Positions 12,032 through 26,104 are shown, counted from the first letter of the stretch. The stretch: DNA of 64,000 bases from Moniliella sp. 'wahieum' (GCA_003971905.1 RSEE01000001.1:1426001-1490000), one strand, 5' to 3'. Notes: a model not told the origin generated them from the sequence alone. Numbers and translations are program-made.

Positions 12032-14937
12032 ATGTCCACCCCCCCCTCCCCATCGTCCCTGCCGCCTACCAGGCGCTGGCCCCTCGTACCCCTGGCTCTC
12101 GGCGCCCCTCTCTCGCTGCCCCTCCTCCGAGCCCGCGTAGCAGCAGTTCCCACGACCCCCTTTCTGCCCCCGCGGTGGCCAATCGCATCCACTCCGTCCT
12201 AGCCTCCATCCCCAAGATCAGCAATGTCTCCTTCATCCCAGCCGCACCTCTTTCCGGTACACGTCACGCTGCTAGTGTCCGGCCACGCGCTGCCCAGCTT
12301 CGCATGACCCTCCGTTCCCGCGAACTCGCGCCGCCTCCGGGTGCGTTGCCAGGCCCGGGCGGCGTCGACTACATTTCTCGCGTCGTTGTTCCCCTTACCT
12401 ACGAGCTCTTTGAGGACGGAACACCTGTTGTTACTGCCGTCGACCGTGAGGCGCTGCATGCGGTCACCCCCGTTCCTGCCCTCTCTGACACGGTTGCAGC
12501 TGAGCGTCGGTGCATTGCGACCGGCCGTAAAGTTGTCCTTCGCTCGGCCTCGGGTCGGCGCGTGGTGGAGGTCTGGGCCGGAGCGGTGCTGGTTGCGTCA
12601 GAGGACGTTACAGATCTCCATGGGGAATTTATCACGGATGGTACGTTGCTCTCATCTTTTTTCTGTGCTCCACACATTCACCCTACACCAACTAACCGTT
12701 AATCTGGCTCAGAAACCTACGGAACCCTCGACATTGATGGCACCACCTCCACTTTGATTTACAGTGCTGAGGCCAATGCTCCCGACGGCCACAAATACGA
12801 TTACCTCCCCTCTTTGGGCGAAAAAGGGGTGGCCTCAAACGGCCCACCATCTACCGCTTCAAATGGTCTGAAACCCCCGCACCCAACGATATTACCAGCG
12901 TGATCACTACCACTCTGCCCAAAGGTCGGGTGGTACCGGTGGTGCCTGCCTCGGCTCCCGCGGAGCTGCAGAACGTGATCTTTGCCCAAGCTTCCCTCTT
13001 GGCAGCGATCGAGGGGGAGAGCAAGGCTTTTCAAGGCGTGGTGGCAACGGGCTATCAGTCCTTGGGCAATGGCAACCGACTTGGCGTGATCTACTGCAGC
13101 AACCGTCCGTCGGACGTGTATTTGTTGACCTATGCTTCGGATTGCAACGCTGCAACCCAATTCAAGTGGCGCAACCTGACGGCGAACCAAACCAAGGTCA
13201 GACGACGGGCAAGAGGTGGATGGGAAACTGTATGCGTGGCGGCGGCCTTGCATCCGTACCGGGTACCGGGTCGATGCCGATGGCCTGGTAGTGGGGCAGC
13301 AACAGATTTACACCATCGGCACTGCACGTGAAGGACCCCATCGCTCTGCGGACTTTTTGCGGTGCCTAGTGCGCAGTGTACCGCTGGGGACCGCGGACGA
13401 CAACTCTCCCACCATGCCCCAGACGACCGATCCCGTCGATCCGCTCGTCTTCCAGCAGGACCTCCTGGTTGCCTTCCCGGCTCCCTTGCCTCCGCTCGTG
13501 CCGGTTCGCAAGGCTTGGGCCCAGGCACCCTCGGCGGCGGAAGCGGAGCTGGTTCTTCCGCCCCAGTGACACCGGAGCTGGACCTGGATACGCTCCCTGC
13601 CGGAGGGGCGCAGCAATTCTTTGTCGAGGGCGCGATCGACAGACCGTTCTTGTCGTATGGTCGGGAGCGTTCGGATCGGGCCGCGCGTGAGATTACAGAC
13701 GACGACTTGTTGTTGATCAATGGCTTTGTGGGCTCCGAGACTGGGTTTTATGCGATCCGGATGGGTCAAGATGCCGAAGGGCAGATGCAGTTTGAAGCTG
13801 AATTTTTGCCCTCTGCCACGCTGTTGGCAACGAATGGCCAAGGTCTGGCTGCCTTTGCTACGACCTCACCCACCATCCCCCGCTGCTCGGCATCTTTACC
13901 ATTGCGCCCGGTCGGGACGCATTTGCTGCGTTCCGACGGCACGAGGTGTCGACGGTGTGGGATTCCTTGAGGGACTCCAAGGCGAGCGTGTTGGTCAAGA
14001 TGTTGCTCCGCCTTGCTGCCCACACCCAAACTAGCCTCGGTGTCGATAACAACTGCGATGCGGTCGTCTTGGCTCCGTTCCATGCGCAAGCCGGCGGCGG
14101 ACGCGACCGATCTTCTTCCCTTTCTCTCGTTCGGCGGGGCATCACCGCCCCCCCGGATCGGCCAATGGGGCGCCTACGACGGCCGCTAACGCGCCTCCTA
14201 CCATTCTGTTCCCCCACGGAGGTCCGCACTCTAGTACCCCCTATGCGTTCGACGCGGCACGGGCGACATGGGCGCTGCTGGGATACCAAGTGATCATGCC
14301 CAACTATACCGGTAGTGTGGGCAAAACGGATGCGTTTGTGCGTCGGCTGATGGGCCGGGTGGGCGATTTGGACGTGAAGGATTGTGTGGCGGTGCTGGAC
14401 CAACTGCTGGACAAACGGCTGGTGCGCATCGATCCGAACTTGGTCTTTGTCTCGGGCGGCTCGCATGGCGGGTTCATCGGAGCGCACTTGTTGGGCCAGT
14501 ACCCTGGCAAGTTCCGCGCGGCCTCGTTGCGCAACCCCGTAATCGACATTGCCGCCATGGTGCACACGACCGACATCCCCGACTGGTGCTATGCCGTGGT
14601 GGATGCCGCCTACCCCTTTGGAACGCCGCCGGAGGCCGTCTCGCTGGAGGCGATGAAAGTGATGCGCGATGCATCCCCCATCACACATGCGCACAAGATC
14701 CAGGACCCTGTGCTGCTGCTGATGGGAGAAGCAGACCAACGGGTACCGCCGGCACAAAGCAAGTTGTTGTACCATGCGTTGCGACAACGCGGCGCCGATG
14801 TTTCGATGCTTTGTTTTCCCGGTGCGGATCATGCCCTGGAAACGCACGCAGCCCAGGAAGCTGCGTTCGACGCCACTTTTGCCTTGTTTGAGCGCATGGG
14901 TGGCTACCAATCACGACGGCCTTGGGCCCAGCTCTGA
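12032..14937 (+). CDS. Peptidase S9 family, acylamino-acid-releasing enzyme-like
   Basis: PHGGPHS (near 14211), PNYTGSVG, nucleophile motif GGSHGG, LRNPV, TDIPDW, DQRVP and DHAL give a Ser-Asp-His triad. Intron near 12641-12712. Start is approximate. Confidence 0.88.
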
Positions 14938-15383
14938 GCCTAGCATCGCTTTAGCGTAGCTTAGCTTCAATTAGGTTCGGAGAACCCGTTATTGAAGTTG
15001 TCTCCCATCCTGTCCGTGCCCATAATCTAATGATCAGTGCCCATATCAGCTAGGCTCTTCCTTCGTGGGCTGGAGGGGGAGTCGCGAATGGTTGCTTGAA
15101 GGAGCCGCCAGCGTATTTGTAGTGATGTAGGAAAAGCACACACCTTCATGCCACAGGCACAGCCGTACCACCTTTTCACCCCCAATTGACCCCATTGCCC
15201 CCTCCCTCAGCAGCCCAGGAAGGAAGGAATGCAGCAATAGGGGTGGCTTCTGTGTGACCTGTTCCCAGTTCTCCCGTGCTCAGTTGCTGCCTCGGTTCCT
15301 AGTAGAAAGCTTGGCACTATTAACACTACGTGAGGAGCGTACGAGCTGGAAGCGGGGCATGTAGTGAATGCGAAGCCAAAAAA

Positions 15384-15485
15384 CGACAACGACAGGACTC
15401 GAACCTGTGCAGGCAAAGCCTAATTGATATCAGATCACGCATGAACCATTCGAATCAATCCCCTTAACCGCTCGGGCACGTTGCC
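15384..15485 (-). tRNA. tRNA-Ser(CGA) with 20-nt intron (15429-15448)
   Basis: Reverse complement folds as a cloverleaf: acceptor GGCAACG/CGTTGTC, discriminator G, anticodon stem ATTGA/TCAAT with loop TT-CGA-A, long variable arm AGGCTTTGCCT, T-arm ACAGG-TTCGAGT-CCTGT. Followed by a T6 Pol III terminator. Confidence 0.95.
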
Positions 15486-15900
15486 TTGTAGTAACAACGT
15501 GTGTCTATTGTATACATAATCAAAATCCGATTATCTGGCACAACGCTGTAACAGTGTACGCTATGACATGTTAACCCCCTCCCACACAAGAATACTTTCT
15601 TCTCCCTGCTCTATCCTGTACGCAACAAATGGACCCAAACAGATATAAAAAATAATTCCATGCGTGTTCCAAACCTCCTCGCGCCAGATGCACACCGAAA
15701 GCGAGAATCCTACAGGTAAAATCGAGCAAGATGGGGATAACAGGGGCGGGGGGGGGGGGCATGTGCCCCTATAGTTGGGCAGGAGAAGCAAACGGGAGTC
15801 AAATCAAAACAAGGCCAGGACAGCCAAGGAGGCAAAAAATGAACCCAAGGGGAAAGGAGAGGAGCACAACAGGTATGGAGGAAACCAAACGGAAAATGGC

Positions 15901-18900
15901 TCACCATCCTGGCCGGCCAATGCCATAGCCAACCTTGACCAACGTCTCTACCGGTTTGGCTGAGTTGGCTAGCAAATCCGCATCGAAGATCACCTTACCC
16001 TGGGCAAAGAGTGTGACGACGGTGGAGCCGCCAAAGGCAAAGTACCCCAGCTCCTCGCCACGCTGAACCGTGGTGCCGACCGCACTGGTCAAGACCGTAG
16101 TACCGACCATCATGGCACCGACACAGACCATGTAGAACGTACCGAACCCGTCGGGCGACTCGAGCCGAACCACCACCCGATGGTTCTGCCCGTACACGTC
16201 AATCGACGACGAGCGAATGGCCATGGGGTTACAGTATAGTATGTCGTACCCACCGTCTGCGCCGAGACGATCTTGCCTGTCAGAGGCATGTGGAACCGAT
16301 GATAATCTTGTGGTGCAAGCCGGAAAATGCACAGGCTACCCTGCTCGAGTTGGCGCACCGTTTCCTCCTCAGGCACCGCCTCGGCCAAGAGGGTACGGAC
16401 GGAAAAGTTGTGACCTTTGATCCAGATCCGCGTTGCGTCGGACACGGAGGGGAAACACATCATGCGACAATCGGCGGCCGAGACGACGCGGCGGATTGTC
16501 TGGGTCCTCGATCGGACGCGCGTCGGGCTTGAGCTTACGATAAAAGAATTGGTTAAACGTCTTGAACTCGTTCATGGGCAACAAGATTTCGTCCAGATTG
16601 AGTTTATGGAACGCGACAAAGGGTGCAATGTCCTTGACCGACGCAGGGTCGTCGTATTTGCGGCCTTGCTTGAGCGTGAGCGATTTAAGCAACTGCTGCG
16701 CCCGTCGTCCGTCCATCCGAGACCGGGGGGTTTGGTACATGAGCGAATGCCTAACCGCACATAGATGGCCATATGCTCTTCCAAGTATTCCCCGTCGCCC
16801 GGTCGGTCACGATCAAATTGGCATTGTTGGCGCCCAAGGTGTATTGTCCTTGGGCGACATGACGCACCAGCTTGGTATACCACTTGCGTTGCGCTTGGCT
16901 CTCCGTCACATAGGTATGAACGGTAAAGTTATCGACTTGGGACCAGTCCCGCGACGCGCAAACAGCCAAGTGGGTCACCATCCCAAACTCGGTCCAACCC
17001 GTCAAGTCCTGCTTGTCGCACAGCGGACATTTGGCCAAATTGATCACCCGTTCTGCTTCGCGCTCGCCCGGACTGCTGGAGCTGCTGCGTTCGGCGTCGG
17101 TGGAAGAAGAGCGAGGCGAGTCGAGCTGAGGGGCTGAGGAATTCGCTTTCCTGGTATCCTCAGAGAGCAGCAACTTGTTGGTAGGCAAAGCCGGCTCGTG
17201 GACGATGGGAAGAAAGCAGGGCGGAGAGAGGGGGTAAGAGTGGCCCGCTCGAGAGCCACGATGGCTTGCTCAAACGTCAGCTCCTCGTCCTCGTCTGGGT
17301 TCTTTCCCACTGTGGTGAACCAGGACCGAATTGTGTCGGATGAAACGGTCGAGTTGAGAGAGGCAAGCATGGTCTCCAGCTCCAACAACGAGGTAGCATG
17401 GTTCTCGTTTTCGTCATAGTGAAGCAGCAGGCGGTACCAGAGGCGTTGTCGCAACAGCGCGTACGGCTGCCAATGCGCAGTAATGGTGAGAGTGCAAGGT
17501 TTCCCCTTTTCCATTACTACCGGCATGGTCTCGTCCGACGTTGCCTCGCCCCCGGACTTGCGATGCAGCTCTAACACCAGCGTGCGCGCCCCAGCGGAAA
17601 TGTCGGTTTGGCGCTGGAGAATGGCGAGGGATACAACCCAGTTTCCGGGTCCCGCGTCCCACCCTCGGATGCTAGCTGCTCCTCTCGTGCAGCAATCAGG
17701 TCCGACATGGATATGGACGTTGATCCAATCTCGTCGTGGGTGGACAGGCGGTCCCAATCAAAAACGTTGAGCTTGAGCGTAAATTGTTTCTCGTGCTCCT
17801 CAACCGGCAGCATCATCTTTTGGTTCCAGACCGGGTTGAGGTTGTGGCGCACGACGGCCGTGCGAAATACTCGCCGCGAGAAACTTACGATGGTAAACGG
17901 ATCCATATCAAGCTTGTTTTGGCCACTGAAGAGAAACAAGAAAGTGAGGGGGAGAAGGGTCAGAATGGAATGCGAAAGAAATAGACGCAAAGAGACGTAC
18001 TGTTGGGCCAACGAGGCAAGTTGGAAGCGGACTTGATCTCAATTAAGGCCACACCCAAAGAGTTGGTGGAGCCGTGACGTTGGGCATCAGCCAATGCTGC
18101 GCGAGTCCTGTTGCGCCGGCGAGGGTGTGGGAGGGAAGGACGGGGCACACGGCGTCGTGTCGAGCCTTGATCGCCTGATTCCGTCCCACTCTCTGCCCCC
18201 CCTGCCCGGGTCGAAGAAAAGGAAGACGCAGAAGACTTTTGGCGTATCCGGGGCAAATTCTGGACTTGGACTTAGCGAGGAGAGGAACTGCGCTGGTCAC
18301 CGGCGGTCGAGGTGGAATGCAATTCGGTCAAGGGCTTGGTAGCTCCTTCCGGCACCCCGGCAATGGAGCGGTAATGGTCCGTATTACTTCCAGCGTCGGA
18401 ACTGGTATAACCATCGTCCTCCACTTCCTCCTCTTCAGCCTCGACATTGTCTTCCATATCCAAGATGTACGCCTCATCGCCATCGGTCATTCCAATGGTC
18501 CGTCTGGCACCCCCGCACGGCACTCATGGCGCCTTGACGACAAACAAGGCGATGGTATAGCGTTTCAAGGTCCTCCGCTTGTTTCTCAGTTAGTGGCGCT
18601 CCGACAGCCCCCGGCTCGGAATCGGGACCGGGACTGGTAGGTGGGAGGAAGCCCACCTTGACTACCAGGTCGCCTGTCACACCTTGAAACTTGCGCATCG
18701 AGCTCAGGGGCAACACGACCGGTTCCGAATCGGCCCAGCGATCGAGGTACGTTTTCCTGGGCCGTCAAGCGGGGTAGCCCATTGGTCGACACTGAGCGAG
18801 CACTCACCAAGGTAGTCAGCTGCGGAAAAGCGGTCAAAGTCCCACAGACAAATTCGAGCGCATGCGCCATCGGCACTGCCTCGTCGGTAGTTACGTCCGA

Positions 18901-19300
18901 GGCACCAGCAGCCTCGTCCAGCGAGGGAGCCGGGGCCGCATCGGGCGATTCGGATGCAGGCGCCTTGGAGTGGAGACGCAGGTGAGAGACAGCGCTGTGC
19001 AAAGGACGAAACGAGCGCCTGGGCGAGACGGAAGAGGTGGTGGTAGGAAGGCCGAACCAGGAAGGGTCAATGTCAAAGTCAAAGGTGCCTTCGCTGGGGA
19101 CCAAACGGGGTTGAGGGTCTTCTTCTTGACGGGGGTGCGGCGCTTGGAGGAGATGCCGGGAATGGAGAGGACGACGTAGGGGTCGCTCTTGCCATTCGTG
19201 TCGCGGGCGGCGAGGTTTTGAGCGCGTACGATCTGGACGCGAAGGCGCGCGCTGGGCGCGGAGGGTGTGGCGGGGGCGCGGCGGGCGAGGGCGTTGGCAT
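15901..19300 (-). CDS. PSD2: Phosphatidylserine decarboxylase 2 (C2 domains, EF-hand region, GGST cleavage motif)
   Basis: C2 motif VQIVRAQNLAARDTNGKSDPYV, second C2 MDPFTIVSF..HNLNPVWN, FNQFFYRKLKPDARP, FRLAPQDYHRFH, VGAMMVG and GYFAFGGST (GGST at 16021-16032). Confidence 0.94.
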
Positions 19301-20540
19301 GGGCGGGGGAGGGGGAGGGAGGGTGGTGGCGGTGGCAGGAGGCGAGGGAGCAAAGGGAGCAGAGGGGAGGACAGAAGGTGGGTGACAACATCAACCGCTG
19401 AGATTATCGAGATCATCGAGCAGCTGAGCGGCTGCCAATGTCATCGATCATCGATCATTCGATCATACCCACAAGTCAGTGTCGAGCTGCGGCGTCAAAA
19501 AGCGAAACTAGGCACTCCTTGCTGCAGGCATCATGCATCCTCCCTCGTCACATCGGCAGGGCAGCTGCTTGTCGGCAGGCCGAGTGAGATCTGGGCTCTG
19601 CCATTGGCATCTGCCCCGGAGGAGCGACGGCCGGCGACGGCCTACGTCATCCATCACATCGGGATGCCTGCGCAGCATCCACCACCCGTGATACATGACG
19701 CAGTGGGTGTCAGCACTACAGGCACTGCCCCAGTGTGGGATCGGCTACGTAACCCCTGGCATCCCACGTGTGTATGTATGCACGCCGCCTGTTGCGCCCT
19801 CCAGTGCTCACTTTTGTCCCTTGCATGCGTGCCGCTTCAAGCGTCGCCTCAAGCCATGCGCCCCACACGCGCGCTGCGCCCTTGCGCCCCCTGGTCTCGG
19901 CCTCAGGGGCTGCTGGGTGCTTGTTAATTGGTTCCAACGCACTGGCAGTGTGCCTCGCAGCAATAGGATGGTGGGCGAGCCGTCCCAAGTCCGTCGCCGC
20001 CCCCCAGTGTCCGCCTAGCCTCTGCCCTTTCTCTCTGTCTCTCGCGTTGTCAAGCCCATGCGTCCGAGGCTGAGGCTATAGTAAAAGTGCATGGCATCTC
20101 GCTCGCATTCATCTGCATATGCTTCAAGTGTCGGTACACGCCGCCACTCCGTCTCCTCTTTCTGCAGCACACCCAACATATGCAAGTGACCTTGCTTGCC
20201 CTCTGGCATCAATCAATAAGGACCCCATGAAGTACTACACAAGACCCATCCCGTCGTCTGACCAACAGTGGAAGCAATGCTTAATGGAGATGCACAACGG
20301 AAACGACGGGTACTCGGGTCGGCAAAAAAGGAGAGGATGAGACGCGAATGTGGCCACGAGCAAAGGAAAGGATCAAGTGGGTAGGTCCAGCATTGAGGGG
20401 AAAGAGGGAGACAAGACCGAGGTCCATCACGGCAGGCACAAGTGGGGGGCAGGAGGAGGGGGAAAGGAACTTGTGGTGCTTGGGGCAGTAAAAACCCGTG
20501 ACCGCGTGCCTGAAAAGATTTGGATTGGCACACGCGACAC

Positions 20541-22747
20541 TTAAGGAGAGACAACAGGCGATTCTGGAAGTTGAGCAGAAGTTCCGGCACCGGGCCCAGT
20601 ACCTGGCCACTTTGGCCAGTTGCTGCGCCTTTCGTTCTGGCATGCCGGCCAACGCGTCGCTCCCAGCATCGCCATGTTGGGCCAGACTGCCCGAGAAGGA
20701 GGCGCACGAGAGCGAGAGCAAGAGCAAGCGAAGAGGATGTAGGTAGGTCGGATGCTGGTCCATCTGATCCACCTGGTCCACCCACCCCACCACATTGTGT
20801 ACCCGTGGCCTAGGTCGGACATACGCCCTTGTCCCTCCAGTCGCCTCCTCCGTTTCGGCGGGGGTACCAAAGCAGTATCGCCCGGAAGCTAGCAGAACGG
20901 GTGTGCTGCGGAACAGTCGTCTTGCTCACCATGGGCGTTTGCTCGTCTCGGACTTGGCTTTGGCGCGCTCGTGCGAAGCAGGAACAAGAGGCGCAGACAT
21001 GGCACGAGCACCGGGACCTTTCGTGCTTCGATCCGCGCATAGGGATAGAGGCAAGGGCGACGACCGTGGGTTGTGGGAGTATCAGTGGGCGTCGAGGGGG
21101 AAGGGCGGGATAGATGGAGATGCCTCAGAGCCAGATGGACGTGCTCCCTGCTTCCCTCATCCTGAGCTAACGTTGCGACACGATGATCTTGGGAGGAGCG
21201 ATCAAGGCCCACAAGCAGCCGCTTTCGGCTGCAGCGTCGTCTGGGACAGGTGAGGGGTGGTGCTAGTCGGTGTGAATGGGTCAATGCCACAACCAGCTGC
21301 TTTAGGCTTGACGCCTTGCTCGTCATCTCCTTCAGCGACCGGTTTGAGAACTGTGCCGGAAGACACAGGTCGTGCAGGGGGAGGAACTCCCGTTGTCAGC
21401 CGGGAACGGTGCCATTGTCTCGGGGCTCTAAGCCCATCAACTGGTTTGCCTGACTCGTCTTGGTCGGGGATCGACGCAAGGCAGACGGTCTGAGCCCACA
21501 GGTGGGATGCGACCTGGGTCCGCGTCAAGTAGCGTTGACCACCTTTTCCCGCTTCTTCCTGGGCCCCAAGACCTCGATCCAGGCTCCAACTCTGACACTT
21601 TTTTTGCGCATGCAGGCCTGCCTGAGACTTGATGACATCCGGCATGCACTCGGACCCCAACAGACGTGCCAACTTATTCGTCCGTCTCTCCTTCTCCATG
21701 ACCTTGGTCCCTGACGACGCGTAGGGGGACTGAAGAAACGGGGACACCTCGGTTCCCCAGGGGGAGACTGAACGAGTCCACGTGGAGGGGCTGAAACGGT
21801 ACGCTCAGGAGAAGGGACGGCGGGGAATCATCATAATACTGTTGGAAGACAGGGTCCGCGATCCCGGATGCAACGATGATGCGACGGACAGGATGCTGCC
21901 CTTGCTCTCGCTCTCGGCAAGAGAACTCGCACTTCAAAGGGGATGCGGTCATGGCCACGCCGTGGGTGCGGGTGGTGGGGATGCTTCCGATGGCGAGGGG
22001 CACCGTACCAGCGCGCCTTCGCCAGGCAGCAGAGTAGAACAGGCGCTAGCATCGGGCGATTCCGATTCTAGCGTTAACCCCAGTCCTGGCAGCCCGGATG
22101 CGCATGAGGTCGCGTGACGCAAGGTCCTTGGCTCCTCCGCCCATGTAAGAGGAGACGAGGGGGAAGATGGGCGGAGGGGGGTTGAGGGTTTCCAGGCTGA
22201 AGCAACGACGGGTGCGTCTTGTGCATGTTTCCCTCTGGAGTGACAGGGGTGGTAGTCCTGCTTCCGCTGCCGTCGGGGGACAACGAAGGTGGCGCCAAAT
22301 GTGAAGAGGAACGACGATTGGGCCCAGTAGAGTCGAAAGCTGGCACGTCGGGACACACCGGGGTAACTACGTCAGACTGAGACGAAACGAGGAGTTGGCT
22401 CCACCGTTGCTCCCTTTCCTCCGAGTCAGTTCATGGCTGGAGCGGCAATGTTGAGAAGCAAGAGTGACGTTCCTGGCTGCCACCCGATGTGCCAGGGCTG
22501 CACGGTGGCGGGAGACACGGGAAGGACTGCTAGGAGGGGTGTCTGGGCGAAAATCCGAAGGAGAAAACAAGGTGTCTTGGTTATTGGGCTTGTTCGGCCC
22601 CGAAGGGGTCGCAGGGTCCAGCGCTGCCCAGGAATGGGGGTTGGGCATGGGCATAGAGTCGGGGCTGGGGTCGATAGGGGCACTGGATATTGGTAGGGAA
22701 GCGGCAGGGTTCGCTCGGGGCGTGCGTGGTGGAGAGGCGGTAACCAT
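20541..22747 (-). CDS. Hypothetical low-complexity protein with two related K-L/V-A-R-x-L-G motifs
   Basis: Continuous Ser/Pro-rich fragments from MVTASPPRTP, containing ERRTNKLARLLG and (across a frameshift) ERKAQQLAKVARYLGPVP. 3' end uncertain. Confidence 0.55.
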
Positions 22748-25700
22748 TGGAGCTGCAGATGGAGCGGGAAGAAGTGAAGAATGGGAGCGATGGAAGGTGG
22801 TGCTAAGGGGTAGGAGAGGTTGTCTCCAAAAAATGTGCGCGAGCGGTTTCCTGAAAAGAAACCTGGGGTGATCGATGACAAACAACGCAAAACACACCAC
22901 ACACAGCGTTAGCGGCGTAATACAGGTTGACGGGCGTTGGCCGGTGACCAGTGAGTTCGTGAATGTAATCAACTGTGCAGCCAGTCGGTGGTGTGTACTG
23001 CACTCGACTCGGCAGCTGGCCAGGGCAGGCCCAGAAAACAAAAGTCAGAAGCGGTCAAGTGGGTCAAACTGGAGGATCACCGGATCACTGCCCGCACAGT
23101 ACTTACACGTTACACGTTACGCGTTGCGCCGCACTGTGTTGATCGACCCCAGCAAAATTAGCGCGTAGCACTGGGATACGAGGACGAATGATTACTGATT
23201 ACGGATTTGGGCGGCCTGGCAATCGTAATCACGAGGAAGGTCGCAGAGGCCGGTGATGGTGACAGGGATAGGAAGTCATTTTTGTAGGTGAACAACCAAG
23301 GCCAGACAACATATGGCCATCGCATAAAGACAAGGGCCAAGAACCCCCAAACAGGTCGAATAGGCCAAATGCCACGCATGGGTTTTGTGAAAGAGCAGAG
23401 AGCAGAAAAAAGAGGCGAAATGTAACAAGTCAGCGTCAGCATTCACACAACCAAACACCGATCATGCTTCAAACTTCAAGCTTCGAGCCACAGGGAGCAT
23501 GGGTGGACAAGTCATGATGCATGAGGTGCATGAGGATTCCCAATGAATCGTTGTAAGAGAAGTCGTCCAACGGTTCCATCCACGGGGGATTGTACTGCAC
23601 GCGCCATTCTTCCCAGGTACGCAAGGGCGTGCCGGATGAGGAATGCAAACGGCATGACTTGTCCCTTGCGACTCCAAAATAGAGAGGGCATAAGGCAGGG
23701 AAGAGCGAAAGGGCGGGCTAATCCACTGATCAACAGTCACCTTTTCCACCCAATGGAGAGAGGTCCCCGGGGCCGCTGCAGTTCCTGTCGGCTGTGCCAA
23801 AGCTGAGGCTCAGCGCGGCTGAGTCTCAGCGTGCCCAGCCTCAGGTGCACAGTGTGACACACAATAAGGTGGGCTCGCCGAGGCTGAGCCGCGCAGGCTG
23901 AGCCGAAGGAGGCCGAAGAGGTGCAGAAATCCCGGGGACCTAGAAATGTGCTCACCTGAGGCCTGAGTACTGAGTGCGCCACATGTGACCTGTGAACATG
24001 TGTGTGACCACTCTGGCAGCACAGGTGTTGGTGGTTTTGGGCGTGAGATCTGAGACCGAGATGAAGCCTAAGATTGTTGGGCGATGGGAGGTGCCGAGCC
24101 GAATGTGGATGATGTCGATGATGCTCCCTGGGCATCGAAGCAACGGGAAGCGGCAGGGGGGCGGGAGTGTGATGGAGAGTATGACATACCTGAAGGACCT
24201 GAGAAGGGCAACAGTGGTGACCCGGTGACACGTGACGGTGGTGGAGGGGAGGACTTTGGTGCCGGTGAACGCGGTGAACGCACTGAATGTTCAGTTGAAC
24301 AGGTTGAACCAAGCTGGATGCGATGACAGAAGTAATTATAGGTGGCTGGTGAGTGGTCTTTGGGCCAGGGCGGGCCAGGCTAAGCCACGGCTACTGGTGC
24401 TGGCGGCTCACAGGCTCGAGCTAAGCTCAGGGCCAGTGTTGGGATGGGGATCGGGGATCGGGGAGGGGGGCGGTGTGTGAGGCGTGTGTTGTGCCGGTGG
24501 GGGGGGAACAGCGTATGGTTGGGCTGGCTAGAGCGACGTAGTGACCGGAGTGACTAGGGACCTAGGGACTAGTGTAACCAGCGATTGGCCATGCGTCGCC
24601 CCAGGGGCTGCAAAGGTGGAGGTGGAGGTGGTGAGGTGGAGGTGGAGGTGGAGGGGCCAGCCAAGGTGATGAGCTGATGGTGATGGGGTTAGGAGCCCAA
24701 CTTGCCCCAGGCCTGTGGGCCTGAGCGTCTGAGCGGCCGAGCGTGGCAGAGATCGATGATCGATGATCGGCGCCACAGCGTGAAGCTTATATTGTGCGGC
24801 TTGAAGCTTAAAATAATGGTAGCCGCAGTTCTGCCGTGCGCTGCTGTGGGCTGCCCGGTCGTTTGCTCGGCCGCATCAGCTCAGAGGCAGCCCAGGGGCT
24901 AGTACCTAGTACCCTAACGCGCTAACGCAAATCGCGTCCTATCGTGTGCAGCCGTCGGCACTGCACCACTTTCCCAGCGAGGTGGAGGCTGGCAGTGTCC
25001 GCATGCCGCCTGGATCGATGATCGGCACTGCTCTTGTGCCAGCATATGCCCCGGCTGGCGCTTCGCGCTTAGCGCTTCCTAGATCCTGTCAGGGGGGGCT
25101 TGGTCTGGTCTGGCTGCTGCGGCTGCTGAGCGCGACCGCGGGTGGGTAGTGTATGTTGGCCAGCGCGCAGCGTCCGTTGAATTCTCCAGGTGGCTGCTCC
25201 CTCAGTCGCAGGAGTTCCGATGAGGTGTCGCTTCTGCTTGGCCTGCTGCGCAGCCTATTATTAGCCCCTGATCGATCCCTGATCTGGCGGCGACTGGTTC
25301 TGAGGCGTTGGTTTCTTTCTCGCCAATCATTTCTCTCCTTGAGGCCTGAACGTAAGTGAGGCTCAACGCTGGTACTGGTTCACTCGTCTTGCGCCGACCC
25401 TGACGCTAAGGAAAGCGTGCAGCCTAGAGGCCCACCAGGCCTACGACCTGGCTTGGGTCCCGTAGGGTAGCCTCCCATGGCCCCTACTGTTCTGTTTTAT
25501 GTAGTCCATCGTCCACCGGTCCACGAAACGCTTATGCATGGCCCGTGGCCCGTGGCCCGTGGCGGCGGGGGCGCTGAACGGGATGCCTAACCGCATGCGA
25601 CATGTGATGGGGCTAGAAGATAATGCACTTTTTGACACGCGCCCTGTGCATCTTGATTCCACGGTGCCTACTCCCCTGAGCCTACTCCCAAGCATACGGC

Positions 25701-26104
25701 CGAACCTACTTGAGACTAGACTAGACAAGCTACCAGGGAACCCTCACTGCCTCTGAACCCAACCCATTTTTTTTCTTTTCGTTTCTCTCTCTTTTCACAC
25801 CCACTCTCCCATCCGCCTCGTCATCCACACCTTCCATGCCAGCCAGCGGGATGGGGTGTTGGGAGAGCTGACGTCGTCGCCAGGGGGCCAGGGCGGGTCA
25901 GTGGGCTATATGGCCAAAGAGCAAGTCAAAAGGAAAGTGCCGTTGTGGTTGTGATGAATTGCTTGCTCCCTTCTTAATTTGACCCAATCACGTATCGGCA
26001 ATCATCGACAAATCAACAATCAACAATCATGAACCTGACCAAGAAACATGAATCACGATTCGGGTGGGGCAGCGCGCATCGAGTGCATACAGTGGATTCA
26101 GGCC

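Noticed and set aside
13858..14910. Long antisense ORFs (350 aa here; also 7562-8350, 42949-43875, 55410-56162, 60165-60923)
   Set aside because: They mirror real genes on the opposite strand and are expected from high-GC codon usage. No independent motifs.
19396..19470. CTGAGATTAT resembling the fungal TPP riboswitch core
   Set aside because: The downstream TTGATC..TAAT..AGCG elements are missing and the neighbour is PSD2, not a thiamine gene.
25951..26038. GTGATGA...CTGA spaced like a box C/D snoRNA
   Set aside because: No convincing terminal stem or antisense guide next to a D box. It probably lies antisense to the 3' UTR of the ELYS-like gene. An Rfam or snoscan search would settle it.
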